Shown here piece by piece: positions 38,800-47,470 of a DNA stretch of 64,000 nucleotides. Within the stretch, counting starts at the first letter, position 1; every line of letters begins with the position of its first letter. The position numbers and the translations under genes were made by a program. The stretch is from an uncultured Planctomycetaceae bacterium (GTDB lineage: Bacteria > Planctomycetota > Planctomycetia > Planctomycetales > Planctomycetaceae): the NCBI GenBank assembly GCA_963976765.1, contig CAXBME010000010.1, positions 62,001-126,000 of the forward strand, given 5' to 3'. The notes beneath the pieces are model-generated. The model ran no database searches. It had not been told where the DNA came from and was given only the letters and a program-made list of their open reading frames with translations.

Positions 38800-40839
38800 G
38801 TGACCGTTTCTCGAACCGAACTCGTCGCCATCCTGGTGATCACCGTGGCCGGCTTTGCTGCGCGATTTGCTTTCCTGAACGAGCTGGCGATCGAGCATTT
38901 TGACGAAGGCGTCTACGCATCGAACCTCTGGTTTCCCGACGAGGGTTACCAGTACCCCGACCGGTTCCTTTACGCGCCACCGTTGCTGCCGAGTCTGATC
39001 GAATGGTCGATGATCCTCGTCGGCGAGGCACGCTGGGTTCCGTTTCTGCCGTCGCTGATTCTGGGAAGCCTGACCGTTCCACTGGCGTGGTGGTCGGTTC
39101 GCCGCTGGTCTTCCGGCGCGTCCGGAGTTGCCGCCGCAGGGTTGCTCTCGCTCAACGACTTTCACATTTCGATGAGCCGCTCGGCGTTGACGGATGCGCC
39201 CATGGTTTTCTTCCTGCTGCTCGCCGTGTGGCTGGCGGTCGAGGCTCTTGCCGATCGTAACCTGAGACTTTCGGCGATGGCCGGCTTTGTGACAGGGCTG
39301 GCCTGGGCGACCAAATACAACGGCTGGCTGCCCGTTGCCATCGCGGTCAGTGGCAGCGCTGCCGCGTGCATCTTGTGGCCTCGTGCAAAGTCGCCGGACG
39401 AACTCAACGCAGGCAGGCTGTCGATCGGATCAATCATCGCCTGCCTGGCAGTGCTGACTCTGGCGGCGGCGGCTACCTGGTTCCCGGTGTGGTGGGATCT
39501 GCAACCGATCGGTGGCTATGCAAGAGTCGCAGACAACCATCGCAACTACGTCACAGGCTTCGCTGAATGGTGGTCGGCAGCGGTCAGACACGAAGCCGTG
39601 CAACGCCACTACGCAGGGTGGCCAACGTTGCTTTCCGGATGGCTGGCCGTAATCAGTTCGGCGTTGGTATTTCGTGTGGAACGTTCCACGTGGAACGAAA
39701 CATCGCCACACCATGACAGCTCGGATGGTGGCTCGATCCATGCTGCAGAACCAGGCGTGAAACGTTCCACGTGGAACGAGTTCAACTTCATTAAGACGGT
39801 GGCGATGACTGCTGCGCTGGTCGGTGCCGTTGCTCTCAGCCCGGTCGTCGCACTCGGTATCTGGTCGTTGATTGAATTGATTGCGTCGGGCAAGTCAGTA
39901 CGCCGGATTCACCAGCAACGTTTGGAATCCACGTCGAGCAGAACCACTGAGAACCAGCGACCGTCGAAGAGCCGATCGAAAAAAGCGACAGGCAGCGACG
40001 GCGCCTCAACGATCGAACGCGCGCATCGCAGCTGGTTCGGAGTATGGCTGCACCTCGCCTGGCTTTGCGGGCTTACTCTGACGACGCCGCTTTATCGCCC
40101 CTACCCGCGACTCATTCTGCCACTGCTTTGTGTCGGGTGTGTCGGCACCGGACTGGCGATCGTTCGACTGCTGCATGGCCGACTCTTCGCTGGCCGATCG
40201 TCAATGTCGGTTATCGATTCGCAGGACACTTCGCCGAAGAAGAGTGCAACGTCAATCGAGACTGCTGGCGACGTCGACCTGTCGAACGAACGACCTGCAG
40301 GTGCGGGATCAGATCGGCGACCGAATTCTCAAGCAGCCAGGCTGCGGACCATCTGGTTGTCGATTGTCGTCTGCCTTTGCGTCTGGCGAGCGAACGATCA
40401 TCGCGCCCCGGCGTGGCAGAACCGCGCAGGTCTGGCAGACATCGCCGAGCAGGTGGTCGCTGCCGCTGCCGAAAACTGCAAAGGCTCGCAACCAATCAAA
40501 GACGAGTTTGCTTTCGTCATGTACTCCTACGGCGAGCCCGGACTCATGTTCCATATCGCCAGTACGGGAGCCCCGATCTTACCCATCATGGACCTGAGTT
40601 TTGCGAGACCTGGTTCTGACCATGCGCGGATTCCGACGTTCGTACTGGCTGGCCCTCACGCCTGGAAGAGTTCGCAGTTTGGCGACGAATTCAGGGCATT
40701 GCCCGAAGAAGCAATGATCGAGGTGGCCGAGTTTCCCTACCTGGTGAGTGATTTCGTCCTGCTCGATGACCACGCTCCGCGGCAGCTTTCCCGACACCGC
40801 AATGACATCGTGAAGCTTTACCGGGTGCAGTTCCGCTGA
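38800..40839 (+). CDS. GT-C (ArnT/PMT, GT39/83-like) membrane glycosyltransferase
   Basis: EHFDEGVY, YAPPLLP, SRSALTD, GLAWATKYNG and many TM segments. GTG start at 38800 is inferred. Confidence 0.85.
   Translation: MTVSRTELVAILVITVAGFAARFAFLNELAIEHFDEGVYASNLWFPDEGYQYPDRFLYAPPLLPSLIEWSMILVGEARWVPFLPSLILGSLTVPLAWWSVRRWSSGASGVAAAGLLSLNDFHISMSRSALTDAPMVFFLLLAVWLAVEALADRNLRLSAMAGFVTGLAWATKYNGWLPVAIAVSGSAAACILWPRAKSPDELNAGRLSIGSIIACLAVLTLAAAATWFPVWWDLQPIGGYARVADNHRNYVTGFAEWWSAAVRHEAVQRHYAGWPTLLSGWLAVISSALVFRVERSTWNETSPHHDSSDGGSIHAAEPGVKRSTWNEFNFIKTVAMTAALVGAVALSPVVALGIWSLIELIASGKSVRRIHQQRLESTSSRTTENQRPSKSRSKKATGSDGASTIERAHRSWFGVWLHLAWLCGLTLTTPLYRPYPRLILPLLCVGCVGTGLAIVRLLHGRLFAGRSSMSVIDSQDTSPKKSATSIETAGDVDLSNERPAGAGSDRRPNSQAARLRTIWLSIVVCLCVWRANDHRAPAWQNRAGLADIAEQVVAAAAENCKGSQPIKDEFAFVMYSYGEPGLMFHIASTGAPILPIMDLSFARPGSDHARIPTFVLAGPHAWKSSQFGDEFRALPEEAMIEVAEFPYLVSDFVLLDDHAPRQLSRHRNDIVKLYRVQFR
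39682..39697. promoter_or_regulatory. parS: parS-type centromere site 1
   Basis: Perfect 16-bp palindrome CGTTCCACGTGGAACG matching GTT(T/C)CACGTG(A/G)AAC, about 1.7 kb from parB. Confidence 0.85.
39763..39778. promoter_or_regulatory. parS: parS-type centromere site 2
   Basis: Identical 16-mer 81 bp downstream of site 1. Confidence 0.85.
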
Positions 40840-41023
40840 GCACAGGTCCCGCAAGCAGGAGACGGAATGGGGCAGCTTTTGGACTGACGGCAGCGCGTTG
40901 ACTCAAAGGAGCAAAGCACAACAGAGTCGCGGCAGGTTTGAATGAACCACGGAGTTCACGAAATGACACGGAAGACGTGGGGCTGTCCAATAACAGGTCA
41001 CGAGCTTTTTTTTGGGGGGACCT

Positions 41024-41215
41024 GTCCCAGCCGACTGCAATTTCATCGTGACGTTCGTGATCTCGCCCTGCTTAGAGCGGCTCTGCGTTAAGCGTCACGG
41101 TTCTGGTCACTCGACGCTTAACTTACGTTCGCTCCAGGCCGTCCATTGCCAGCGAGGCGTAAACATGCGGATTCTGGGAAGAATCGGGGTAGCTGTAGTC
41201 GGCCAGTGACGGGAT
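41024..41215 (+). ncRNA. Candidate structured RNA, 6S-like architecture
   Basis: About 192 nt of nested stems around an internal loop, in the gap between the glycosyltransferase and parB. Confidence 0.4.
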
Positions 41216-41347
41216 CATTGGCTCGACTGGCGATGTGAAGCGGACTTCAGTCCGCGTCCGAGCCGAATACAGACAGTGGGGAAATAGCAGTTCAGAAGGA
41301 TCTGGCTGCACGTGACGATTCGAATGTTCACATGCCAGGACACATCT

Positions 41348-41375
41348 TTGTCCAAACCGGACAAGGAAATAGAAT
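41348..41375 (+). promoter_or_regulatory. Putative sigma-70 promoter of parB with an overlapping inverted repeat
   Basis: TTGTCC-N16-TAGAAT; TTGTCC-AAACC-GGACAA palindrome at 41348-41364. Confidence 0.45.
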
Positions 41376-41431
41376 CCCGCTTACATCACGAGATGACTAC
41401 TGCAGAAGATGATCCAGGGAAGGATTAGCTC

Positions 41432-42376
41432 ATGGCGCAGGATGGCGCACCAAAACGCCGGCTCGGTCGAGGACTTGACGCATTGCTCGGCGGCAGATCA
41501 CAGGAGGCTCCAGCAGCCGTGCCGGTGGCCGTTGCGCAGCCGGAGCCCGTCACCGAACCGTCATCGCAACCGGCAACCCTTCTGCCTGTCGACCAGATTC
41601 GGCGAAACCCGTTTCAGCCTCGGACCGAATTCGATGAAGAATCGCTGAACGAACTGGCCAGGAGTATCGGACTTCACGGCGTGCTTCAGCCGGTCCTCGT
41701 CCGAAAAACGGAAAAGGGTTACCAGCTGATCGCGGGCGAGCGACGCTGGCTGGCTGCTCAGCGAGCTGGCCTGAAAGAGGTTCCCTGCCGAGTCATGGAT
41801 CTGGCCGATCGCGAAGTCAGCGAAGCGGCGATGGAAGAAAACCTGAAGCGGAAGGATCTCAACGTGCTGGAAAAGGCGCAGGCCTTCCAGGATTACGTCG
41901 ACCGCTTCGCCTGCACGATTGAGGAACTCGGCAAACGACTGTCGATGGACCGCTCGACCGTTTCCAACATGCTCCGGTTGCTCGAACTTCCCGAGCCAGT
42001 GCGGCGACTGCTTCACGAAGAGAAGATCACCGGCGGCCACGCCAAGGCCATGCTGCCTCTGGAAGAAGTCGACCAACTGGCCATCTGCGAGCGGATTCAG
42101 GCCGAGTCGCTTTCCGTCCGTAAGACGGAGCAGGCCGTCCGAGCGATCATGCGGGGCGAAGCGGCGAACACGATCCCGATCGAGTCCGTAAAGACGCCGA
42201 AGCAGCCACCCGAACGGACAACACACGTCGATTCGCTGGAGCAGCAACTCCGCGACACACTCGGTCTGAAAGTCCAGATCAAACTGAAAACCGCCGAATC
42301 CGGCCAGGTCATCATCGACTTCGGCACCAACGCCGACTTCGACCGCATCACCCGCCTGATCCGAAAAGCCGCGTGA
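41432..42376 (+). CDS. parB: Chromosome partitioning protein ParB/Spo0J
   Basis: LGRGLDALL, NPFQPR, LIAGERRW, ENL.R.DL, HTH DRSTVSNMLRLL, GHAKA. Confidence 0.97.
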   Translation: MAQDGAPKRRLGRGLDALLGGRSQEAPAAVPVAVAQPEPVTEPSSQPATLLPVDQIRRNPFQPRTEFDEESLNELARSIGLHGVLQPVLVRKTEKGYQLIAGERRWLAAQRAGLKEVPCRVMDLADREVSEAAMEENLKRKDLNVLEKAQAFQDYVDRFACTIEELGKRLSMDRSTVSNMLRLLELPEPVRRLLHEEKITGGHAKAMLPLEEVDQLAICERIQAESLSVRKTEQAVRAIMRGEAANTIPIESVKTPKQPPERTTHVDSLEQQLRDTLGLKVQIKLKTAESGQVIIDFGTNADFDRITRLIRKAA

Positions 42377-42427
42377 TTCTGCCGGGATGCTGAGCGTTCA
42401 TGCGGCTCAGACACTATTCGCCAGATA

Positions 42428-42471
42428 AAAAAGCCAGCCGGGAATTGATCCCGGCTGGCTTTGTCTTTTTT
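42428..42471. terminator. Bidirectional intrinsic terminator
   Basis: AAAAAGCCAGCCGGGA-ATTGA-TCCCGGCTGGCTTTGTCTTTTT between convergent genes. Confidence 0.85.
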
Positions 42472-42491
42472 ACGGAAGTCCGTGCGGCGGA

Positions 42492-43007
42492 TTAGTTGTC
42501 GTAGTCAACGACGACCCAACCGTTCTTGACGCGAATTTCGACACGGTATTTGCCGTAGTCATATTTCGTGTAAGCGCCGTTGTTCTTGCAGGTAACCTTC
42601 GGGCCGTGATCTTTCTCGCAGCCACAGGCTGGTTTCGGAGCACAGCAGCTTGGCTTTGGTGCACAGCAGGTGTGACAAGGCTGCTTCTTAGGAACACAAA
42701 TCTTCACGTAGACGCAGCGAGGCTGCTGGCAGCAGGCACATGGATCCGGCTTCCAGCACGGATCGAGAACCTTGACGATCTTGACTTCGGCGCACGGAGC
42801 GATGTGGTCGAGATCTTCGTACTTCACGCACTCAAACAATTCAATCGCTTTGCCTTCAGCAACTGGCTCAGGAGCTTTGTCACCTTCGTGGTGATCGAAG
42901 CTTCCGACAAAAGTGCTCGGAAACAAAGGGCTGAAATCTGCTGCTGAAGCAACATTGGCTGCCGCGACGACGGCAACCGCACAAAACACACTAGCAAGCT
43001 TTCTCAT
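42492..43007 (-). CDS. Secreted Cys-rich hypothetical protein
   Basis: Signal peptide MRKLASV...ASA, AGGAGA RBS, 16 Cys in the mature part. Confidence 0.8.
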   Translation of the reverse strand: MRKLASVFCAVAVVAAANVASAADFSPLFPSTFVGSFDHHEGDKAPEPVAEGKAIELFECVKYEDLDHIAPCAEVKIVKVLDPCWKPDPCACCQQPRCVYVKICVPKKQPCHTCCAPKPSCCAPKPACGCEKDHGPKVTCKNNGAYTKYDYGKYRVEIRVKNGWVVVDYDN

Positions 43008-43510
43008 GGCAATCTCTCCTGATGGCTGCCGCCCGATTGTTATTTCGGGCACGAAACAGAAACTGAAACTCATCAACCGCAGGGCATCCGAGCCCCCCGG
43101 CTCGCCCTGCGTTTTAAACATACAACATAAGATCAAATGCGAAAGGTGTCGCCGAGATGATCTTCAAGGTTTTCAGGGCACTCTGTGTCAGCTGTACCGA
43201 GTACGAATAATGGGTAAGACCTGGAGCAGCAAGGAAACGGCCTGTGTTTATTCAGTTATTATTGTAGATCGCTCAAACTTCCTGCCTGGCCCACTCGTCA
43301 CCTTCCAGAAACGACAGCTCAAAGCACGTATTGCGCCAAAAGAAGACGCCAATTTGGCAGTCTCTCTATTAGGCGAGCTCATACTGCGTGCCGAGCGCAA
43401 ATATGACAGTGCCTAAATGGCAGCAACACCTATAATGCGACAGGTCGCCTTTGACATTAGTTGTTTATCAGAAATCATTAACGATTAATTTACGGATCCC
43501 TTTTATTGAT

Positions 43511-43526
43511 TGGCACGACGTCTGCT
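43511..43526 (+). promoter_or_regulatory. Sigma-54 (-24/-12) promoter of hsp20
   Basis: TGGCACGACGTCTGCT with exact GG-N10-GC spacing and an AT-rich tract upstream. Confidence 0.75.
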
Positions 43527-43623
43527 TTAAGGGAAAGTGCCCGACGGGATTCGGGACATCAGGCCTGAGAATTCGAGTTCACGCTTTCCAAACGTCACAA
43601 TCAACTTGAAAGAGGAGTGTGCC

Positions 43624-44118
43624 ATGCTGCCCGGAACCCCTACATTTTCACGCATTTGGAATTTGTCGCCCACCACTCTGGACGAGCTGCGCCGCGAGTT
43701 CGACATCGCGTTAGGTTCGGTAGGTGGAGCAGTTTCGCGGACATGCTCAGCCCAACCGCCAGTGACAATCTGGGAGAGTGACGAGCGTTTGGTCGTTGAG
43801 TTCGACGTTCCCGGCGTCCGTCAACCAGATCTGGAAGTTTCAGTCGAGGATGGAGTGCTGACTGTTTCAGGCGCTCGGAAATCGGCTGATCACCCTGGCG
43901 AGCAGAAACACGCCGACTTCCGTTGCGACAAATTCAGTCGCTCGATCAAACTTCATGAGTCCCTGGACCCGACGTCCGTTGAAGCCGAGCTGGATAGCGG
44001 CGTTCTGACATTGTCGGTCGGTCGGCGAGCGGAGGCTCAGCCTCGGACAATACCTGTCGTCGTAAAGAGTCGACCGGTTGCAGAGTTGCCGGAACCTGCG
44101 ACTCAGGAATCGACATAG
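43624..44118 (+). CDS. Hsp20/alpha-crystallin small heat-shock protein
   Basis: DVPGV, GVLTVSG.R, FSRSIKL, A.LDSGVLTL; GAGGAG RBS. Confidence 0.92.
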   Translation: MLPGTPTFSRIWNLSPTTLDELRREFDIALGSVGGAVSRTCSAQPPVTIWESDERLVVEFDVPGVRQPDLEVSVEDGVLTVSGARKSADHPGEQKHADFRCDKFSRSIKLHESLDPTSVEAELDSGVLTLSVGRRAEAQPRTIPVVVKSRPVAELPEPATQEST

Positions 44119-44187
44119 TCGGTTCCACAAGTGTGTCGTGGAGAAATCCTCACTGAATGTCAGAACCTGTTCGCCGCAGACGAAGTC

Positions 44188-44216
44188 AAGCCCGACAAGT
44201 CTGCGGCTTTTTTGTT
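44188..44216 (+). terminator. Possible intrinsic terminator
   Basis: AAGCC...GGCTTTTTT after hsp20; the stem is imperfect. Confidence 0.45.
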
Positions 44217-44335
44217 CATGTCGGCGACCTTGCTCTTGAAGAACGAGCGGCTTCTGGCGGTTTGGGGCAACTGCTCGCATAATCCGGTTGAGTAATTCCG
44301 GCGACGAAATCGTGAAAAAAAGCAGGGAGTAGCGG

Positions 44336-45307
44336 ATGGCAATCAGGTGGGGAATCATTGGATGCGGAGACGTCGCCAGAAAACGGGTAGCGGCAGCAAT
44401 TCAGAGTGATCCAAACAGCGAACTTGTCGCAGTCTGCCGTCGTGATAAGGCAAAGCTCCGTAATTTTGCTGACGAATTCGGCGTCTCCATCGCGACAACT
44501 TCGGCGGATGAGGTGATTGCGTCGGCGGCGGTCGATGCGGTTTACATCGCGACTCCGGTTAATCTGCATGCTCCGCAGACGATCGCTGCAGCTGCCGCTG
44601 GCAAGCATGTGCTTGTCGAAAAGCCGATGGCCATGTCGACGGTCGAGTGCGACGCAATGATTGCGGCATGTGCAAAAGCTAACGTCCGCCTGGGCGTCGC
44701 GTATTACCGACCGTTTTACCCGGTCGTTCAGCGAATGCAGAAACTCGTTCAGTCGGGTGAGATCGGAAAGGTGCTTTCAGTTTCGGCCACGACCTGTACA
44801 CCGTTTGCGATCGATCCAGGCGACGATGGCTACTGGCGAGTTCTGCCGGAAGCGGGCGGCGGAGGAGCATTGATGGACATCGGCAGCCACCGGCTGGATC
44901 TGTTTCTTCGCCTGTTTGGCCCCGTCTCCGACGTGAAGGCTCAGTGCGGAACAGTGGCTGCAAGTTATCAGGCCGACGATGTTGCGACGCTTGCATTGCG
45001 GTTTGAATCCGGCGTTCATGGAATCCTGCATTGTTGCTTCGGCTCGTCAACTGACCCCGATGAGTTCGCCATTCTTGGGACGCAAGGTCGACTTGTCAGC
45101 CGCCCGTTAAACGGTGGCGAGCTGATCATCGAGCACGGTCGCGACCACACATCCGAGCAGCATCTCCCGACGTCGAACTTCAATTCTCCCTTGATCGCGG
45201 ATTTTTCCGCTGCCATTCTCGATGGTCGTCCACCACTCGTCAGTGGCGAGGTCGGTCGCGACGTGAATCGAGTGATGGAACTGGCCTATGCAAACTCGAA
45301 GCAGTAA
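44336..45307 (+). CDS. Gfo/Idh/MocA oxidoreductase
   Basis: GIIGCG, GKHVLVEKPM, GGGALMDIGSH. Confidence 0.92.
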   Translation: MAIRWGIIGCGDVARKRVAAAIQSDPNSELVAVCRRDKAKLRNFADEFGVSIATTSADEVIASAAVDAVYIATPVNLHAPQTIAAAAAGKHVLVEKPMAMSTVECDAMIAACAKANVRLGVAYYRPFYPVVQRMQKLVQSGEIGKVLSVSATTCTPFAIDPGDDGYWRVLPEAGGGGALMDIGSHRLDLFLRLFGPVSDVKAQCGTVAASYQADDVATLALRFESGVHGILHCCFGSSTDPDEFAILGTQGRLVSRPLNGGELIIEHGRDHTSEQHLPTSNFNSPLIADFSAAILDGRPPLVSGEVGRDVNRVMELAYANSKQ

Positions 45308-45398
45308 CGCCGATCACGCATTTCGTCACGACCTCAGCGAAACGAAACCGGCAAGGTGCCACTTCAATCAGGCCTGAGGAACTCAATGGGAGACTCGG

Positions 45399-46100
45399 AT
45401 GACACAGATCAAATTCGCAATCGTGCTTATCGTACTCACGGCAGTTCTGGCGACGGGTGGTGCGTTCCTGGCTGCCTTTGCGCAGGATGCACCGAAACCA
45501 GACTACGCTGTGCGAGAGCAGCGAGAACGGCTTACCGAGGAGGTTGAAGATTTCGAGCGACACCTCGTCGCCAGTCGGCGGGAAATCCAGAAGCATGCTG
45601 AAGCCGGACGCCGCGAAGAGGCAGAGCGTCTGGAACGCAGGCTCCAAGACCAGATTCGCAAGTTTCATAGCAGACACGACGATCATCGCGACGAAGAAGA
45701 ATTACATCAAAAACGCATGGAACAGGTTCGTCGAGCAGTAGACCTGCTTCGGGAAGCGGCTCGGCATCTGCACGAAGCAGGCATTCATGAACCCGCAGAA
45801 GAGATGATCGAGTTTTCAGAGAGAATCGCTCATGACGCGCCGCGTGAACTGGTGGAACGCCGATTCCACAAAGACGGTCGCCGAGACCACAAAGAGCGCG
45901 GTGACGAAGCGCGAAGGGAAGAAGATCGCACGAACGAAGCGCGAAGACTTACGGAGCGGGAACTCGACGACGAGCGTCGCGAACTGGATCACGTTCTGGA
46001 GTCTCACGAACACCGAATCAACAAACTGGAAGAACAGTTGAACGACGTTCGAGACGTTCTTGAGAAATTGTCGATGCGCCGGAAGAACGACCGCGATTAA
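45399..46100 (+). CDS. Secreted, highly charged coiled-coil protein
   Basis: Signal peptide followed by E/R/H-rich helical sequence. Confidence 0.7.
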   Translation: MTQIKFAIVLIVLTAVLATGGAFLAAFAQDAPKPDYAVREQRERLTEEVEDFERHLVASRREIQKHAEAGRREEAERLERRLQDQIRKFHSRHDDHRDEEELHQKRMEQVRRAVDLLREAARHLHEAGIHEPAEEMIEFSERIAHDAPRELVERRFHKDGRRDHKERGDEARREEDRTNEARRLTERELDDERRELDHVLESHEHRINKLEEQLNDVRDVLEKLSMRRKNDRD

Positions 46101-46323
46101 TGTTGCTGCCAGCTCCGCCCGCCATAAGCGTTCACAACGACCATGTGGTGGTCAGGCGATGGATCATTGAGCCGGGTTCGTCGGATTTTGACCAGGCGAT
46201 GTTTGCGAGTCGGTATTGACCGACTTCATCAATCCGACGTGTAATCCGCAGACGGTGGGGCGCACCCGCGAGGAACTGCTGCGCGCAGATCAGACGTTTT
46301 GTCGACGACGAGCAAGGACGTTC

Positions 46324-47445
46324 GTGACACTTTTTGACCGACATCTACTGAAACGATTCTGGCATGTCTTTGCCATCGGTTTCGTGGCAACGTACGGCCT
46401 GTACGTTGTGTTCGACGCATTTTCGAACGCGGACGAGTTTCAATCCGGAGCGGCTGACGAATCGACAGCGACCGTTCTGGCAACGATGGCGACTCACTAC
46501 TTCTTTCAGGCATTTCCGTTCTTCGACATGGTCGGACCGATTCTGATCGTGCTTGCCGTCGTTGGCGTTTTTGCGTTGCTGCAACGGTCTCGTGAGATCT
46601 ACCCGGTACTTTCGGCTGGAGTCCCGTCGTGGAGACTGGCTGTCCCCATCGTCATCGGAGCGTCGACGATCGTGCTGGCCCTCACGGTAAACCAGGAAAT
46701 CGTCATCCCAAACATTGCCGAAAGACTCCAGGCCAATCGTGGCGATGGCGGCGCCGCCACTCACGATGTGCAGCCTGCTCGCGACTATGTCACCAATATC
46801 GAAATTTCAGGCGATCGTCTGAGAATTGCGGAACGAAAAATCTTCAGTGCGAGGTTTCTGCTGCCGGTTCCTCTCCAGGTGATCGAACCGACGACGTTGA
46901 AAGCCGAAGAGGCGATTCAGATTCCTGCCAACGGAGACCGGCCAGCCGGCTGGCTGTTGCGAGAACCTCAGCCCACTTTTGAAGAACTGACACTCACCGC
47001 AGAAGGCAGTCGGAGAATTCTGAAAGCGCCGTCGAGTAGCGACCTGTTTGTCATTACCGATGTGACGATCGACCAGCTTCATAATCGAACCCGCAGTTTC
47101 AAGTACCTGTCAACATCTCAGCTGATTCATCGCATTCGGAATCCTGCCTACGGGAGAGTCACCATCCGCAGCCAGTCCGTACATCTACACGAACGGCTGG
47201 CGAGACCGTTTCTCATTCTGATTTCGGTCCTCATCGCGATCCCGCTGACGCTTCGCCGAGAGAGCTCCAGCCTGCTGGTAAACATCGCAGTCTGCACCAT
47301 GACCCTGGGAGCATTATTCCTGCTGACTCAAGTCAGCATTCACCTTGGACGGTTGAACGTCGTCGACATCGAACTGGCTGCGTGGATCCCGATCGTCGTC
47401 TGTGGAACGTGTGCGGCCTGGTTGTCGGGGCTTGTGCAGACGTAA
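46324..47445 (+). CDS. LptF/LptG-family permease
   Basis: LFDRHLL, RSREI..VLSAGV..WRL, LHERLARP, LAAWIP. GTG start is inferred. Confidence 0.88.
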   Translation: MTLFDRHLLKRFWHVFAIGFVATYGLYVVFDAFSNADEFQSGAADESTATVLATMATHYFFQAFPFFDMVGPILIVLAVVGVFALLQRSREIYPVLSAGVPSWRLAVPIVIGASTIVLALTVNQEIVIPNIAERLQANRGDGGAATHDVQPARDYVTNIEISGDRLRIAERKIFSARFLLPVPLQVIEPTTLKAEEAIQIPANGDRPAGWLLREPQPTFEELTLTAEGSRRILKAPSSSDLFVITDVTIDQLHNRTRSFKYLSTSQLIHRIRNPAYGRVTIRSQSVHLHERLARPFLILISVLIAIPLTLRRESSSLLVNIAVCTMTLGALFLLTQVSIHLGRLNVVDIELAAWIPIVVCGTCAAWLSGLVQT

Positions 47446-47470
47446 CGACCTTCAGCGGAGCCGGGTTCGA

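Noticed and set aside
40840..41431. SRP RNA, tRNA or tmRNA in the gap before parB
   Set aside because: No SRP GGAA-loop/GCAG motif, no T-psi-C cloverleaf and no tmRNA ends were seen.
43430..43510. oriC, suggested by an AT-rich tract near parS/parB; also a CIRCE element before hsp20
   Set aside because: I found no TTATCCACA-type DnaA boxes and no TTAGCACTC-N9-GAGTGCTAA by eye; the tract fits a sigma-54 promoter spacer better.
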